From contig OZ116700.1 in NCBI GenBank assembly GCA_964199315.1, positions 10,974,001 to 11,038,000 on the forward strand: a stretch of DNA of 64,000 nt, given 5' to 3'. Of the stretch, positions 61,766-64,000 are shown piece after piece. The notes beneath the pieces were generated by a model. The model did not search any database, was not told the origin of the DNA, and saw only the letters and a program-made list of their open reading frames with translations. Within the stretch, counting starts at the first letter, position 1; the number at the start of each line of letters is the position of its first letter. A program made the translations under genes and the position numbers. This DNA comes from Orbicella franksi. Its lineage: Eukaryota.

Positions 61766-64000
61766 GTAATTATTCATTTGCTAATAAAGGAAAGCGAAGT
61801 GTCGGTTAAAGATAAGATGTCAGAATATGCTCGCTAAACAGTTGCTTGCAATACACGAAAGTGTTATAGCGGCTGTCAACATTTTTTGGTTCCAGAATGT
61901 TCAGTTAATTCGAAGATCCATGCCAAGTGTGATATTGTAGGCTGACCTGCAGAACCACAAACTTAAAAATACTGTCAGTCGACAGTTTTATTGTTTCTTT
62001 ATTCCTTCGGAGACTGTAACCGATTATAAAAGCGATCTATTCATACAGCTAGTTTCCAAAACCGCAAAATTGTCAGCGAATGTAAGCTTTAACTGTATGC
62101 AGTGTTTTGTATTTTGTTTGCACAAAATGCATTCAAGTTGTCACGACTAGATAACGATCGATCAAATAGACGTGTATTTCTTCCTACCGCTTTAATTTAG
62201 AACAGCAAAAGAAATCTCTGAGAAGCTTAGTCTGGCCGGCTTTATACCCTGTGCCAAGTCTACATTTTGCGCTTTCTTCCTGCTTTCAAGAAAAGCGAAA
62301 ACACTGTGGGAAGTTTAACACCAACGCACTTCTGCACATGTCAATCTTAGGAAATTTCCCTTCGCCGCGAAATGGACATCTGTTCGTGAGTTAAAATATA
62401 TTGCTGCGTCCTTATCTTGGTTATCAGTTTGAGGCTAAAGGGGTTTTAAAGTGAAAGATCTCGCGTCATAGCATACAGGATTGTTGTTGTAGCGTATCCG
62501 CGGTCATGTGAGACAAAATCTATTGACATTCGTAATTTCTCTTTGGCATCGCGCAAGTATATTATAGAAAAGCACAGTTTATAGAAAATGTACACCGTTT
62601 TCAAATAAAAAACTGAGAAATAGATGAGATGAAAAATAAAATTTATTGAAAAATAGTTACTCCAAATTACAACATTTGCCAGAATATGAGGTAACTTCTA
62701 AGCTAAATTCACATGAGAATGTTATAATTTTTTCAGTCAATTAGGGTTCGGGAAAAGAATCAATTAGATTATTCCGATCCTCTCCTTATATTTGCATTTT
62801 AAATTTAAAGCTACCAATTAACTACAAACCACATCTCCTGATAATAGATCAATGCCCTATAATTTGCCAAATTGTGAATATAATCTGACTTTCTGGTATC
62901 TGTGGGTAACCTAATCCTGTAATATTATTTCTAACTTCAAAATGGCAAATTAAGTGCACAAGCAGTGAGAGAGCTACAGAAAAAAATGTTTGGCTTACAA
63001 AAACCGAAGGAAAAAGCTCAAACCACCTGACGTAATAAATCTACATTGTAATTAATGAGAGAGACAAATTCTGCAAAATTATAATATTACAAGAATATCA
63101 GAGTCACATTAACGTTAGCTCAGTGTACAAATCAAAAAGTAACAAAGCAAAATATATTGAAGTAAAGGAAAACAATTCTTCCTGATAATTAGCATGCAAA
63201 AAGTAAGGTAGCTTGAACAGACATGTATATACCAATTTTCTTCCCTACTGGGCCAAATTTATTCATGCTTTGAATGAGACAGCTGTTTTTCTGGCTGCTC
63301 AGTCAGGGCCGTAGCCAGATGAAATTCTTACCAGGGCAGTATCAGAACAATAAAACATTTCTTTCATAGTTATTTATATCTTTGTAACTCATAGCCTATG
63401 GCAACATCCTGGAATAAATAACTTCAAAATTTTTGCAGAGGGAAGTGGCTTGGTTTGCCTCTTACTAGCTTCAGCACTGTCAGATTGAATTGTTTTCCTT
63501 CTTTTGTCTCCTTTCTTGACTTCTTGTTTTGTTTATTGCTGCGACAATGTAAGTAGCCAAGATGCATGGTTTAATATGATTGTCTATACTACATTCAAAT
63601 CTCTCCTTAGCACCACTGTCATAAGTGACCAGCTCCATGTATGACCGCCATTTGAAAAACCCATGGAATGACAGTTGAACATCAATAAAGGTCACCTCTC
63701 TACAATAACCACCCCTCTGCAATGGCCAATTTTTTTGTCCCGGCAGTCCGTCTACTCCTATTTTAGCCTCTCCACAATGGCCAACAACAACAATAATGCT
63801 TTATTTACTCTTGACACTTAATACACAACAGCAACAGCCATTGGGTGATTCCAGAAAATATCCACACCATGCCACAGGCAGCATCTTGGAATTCCAAGGG
63901 AGTAGGGGGGTCTCTTGGACTGGAATTCTGAAGGCATGGGGGGGGGGGGGGGGGTAGAGGAGGGGGAAGACGGCAAAAGCTTAGCTTGAAATCGCTGATC

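Noticed and set aside
63480-63722. 80-aa minus-strand ORF in PTPN11 intron 2
   Set aside because: Starts inside a repeat fragment; no recognisable domain or splice support.

Overview
Intron-rich animal genomic DNA. The repeat landscape and gene style suggest an anthozoan cnidarian, probably a stony coral (inference). Layout: (1) 642-15859 (+), the last 26 exons of condensin subunit NCAPD2/CAP-D2, with SINEs, MITEs and an L2 tail in its introns. (2) 17235-20757 (-), a divergent 3-exon equilibrative nucleoside transporter (ENT/SLC29)-like gene. (3) 22662-40496, a tandem duplication of an ~8.7-9.1 kb unit. Each unit holds two paralogous 2-exon genes for an unnamed ~310-320 aa protein with an atypical HIT (histidine triad)-like domain: A1, B1 (pseudogene), A2, B2. 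(4) 40.5-57 kb, a transposon pile-up: a Crypton-like relic; a decayed AcademX DNA transposon (DDE + XPG/FEN1-like nuclease + Cys-rich finger) split by a young Ginger-type element whose intact 937-aa ORF fuses a DDE integrase to an OTU-like domain and an F-box-like motif; an 896-bp TIR element; and a 5'-truncated L2 LINE. (5) A ~42-bp minisatellite. (6) An intronless FANCE (-) head-to-head with PTPN11/SHP2 (+), start codons 152 bp apart. The best candidates for an undescribed system are the HIT-like gene array next to the ENT-like gene and the integrase-OTU-F-box transposon. No searches were run: family calls come from motifs read by eye and no identity values were computed.
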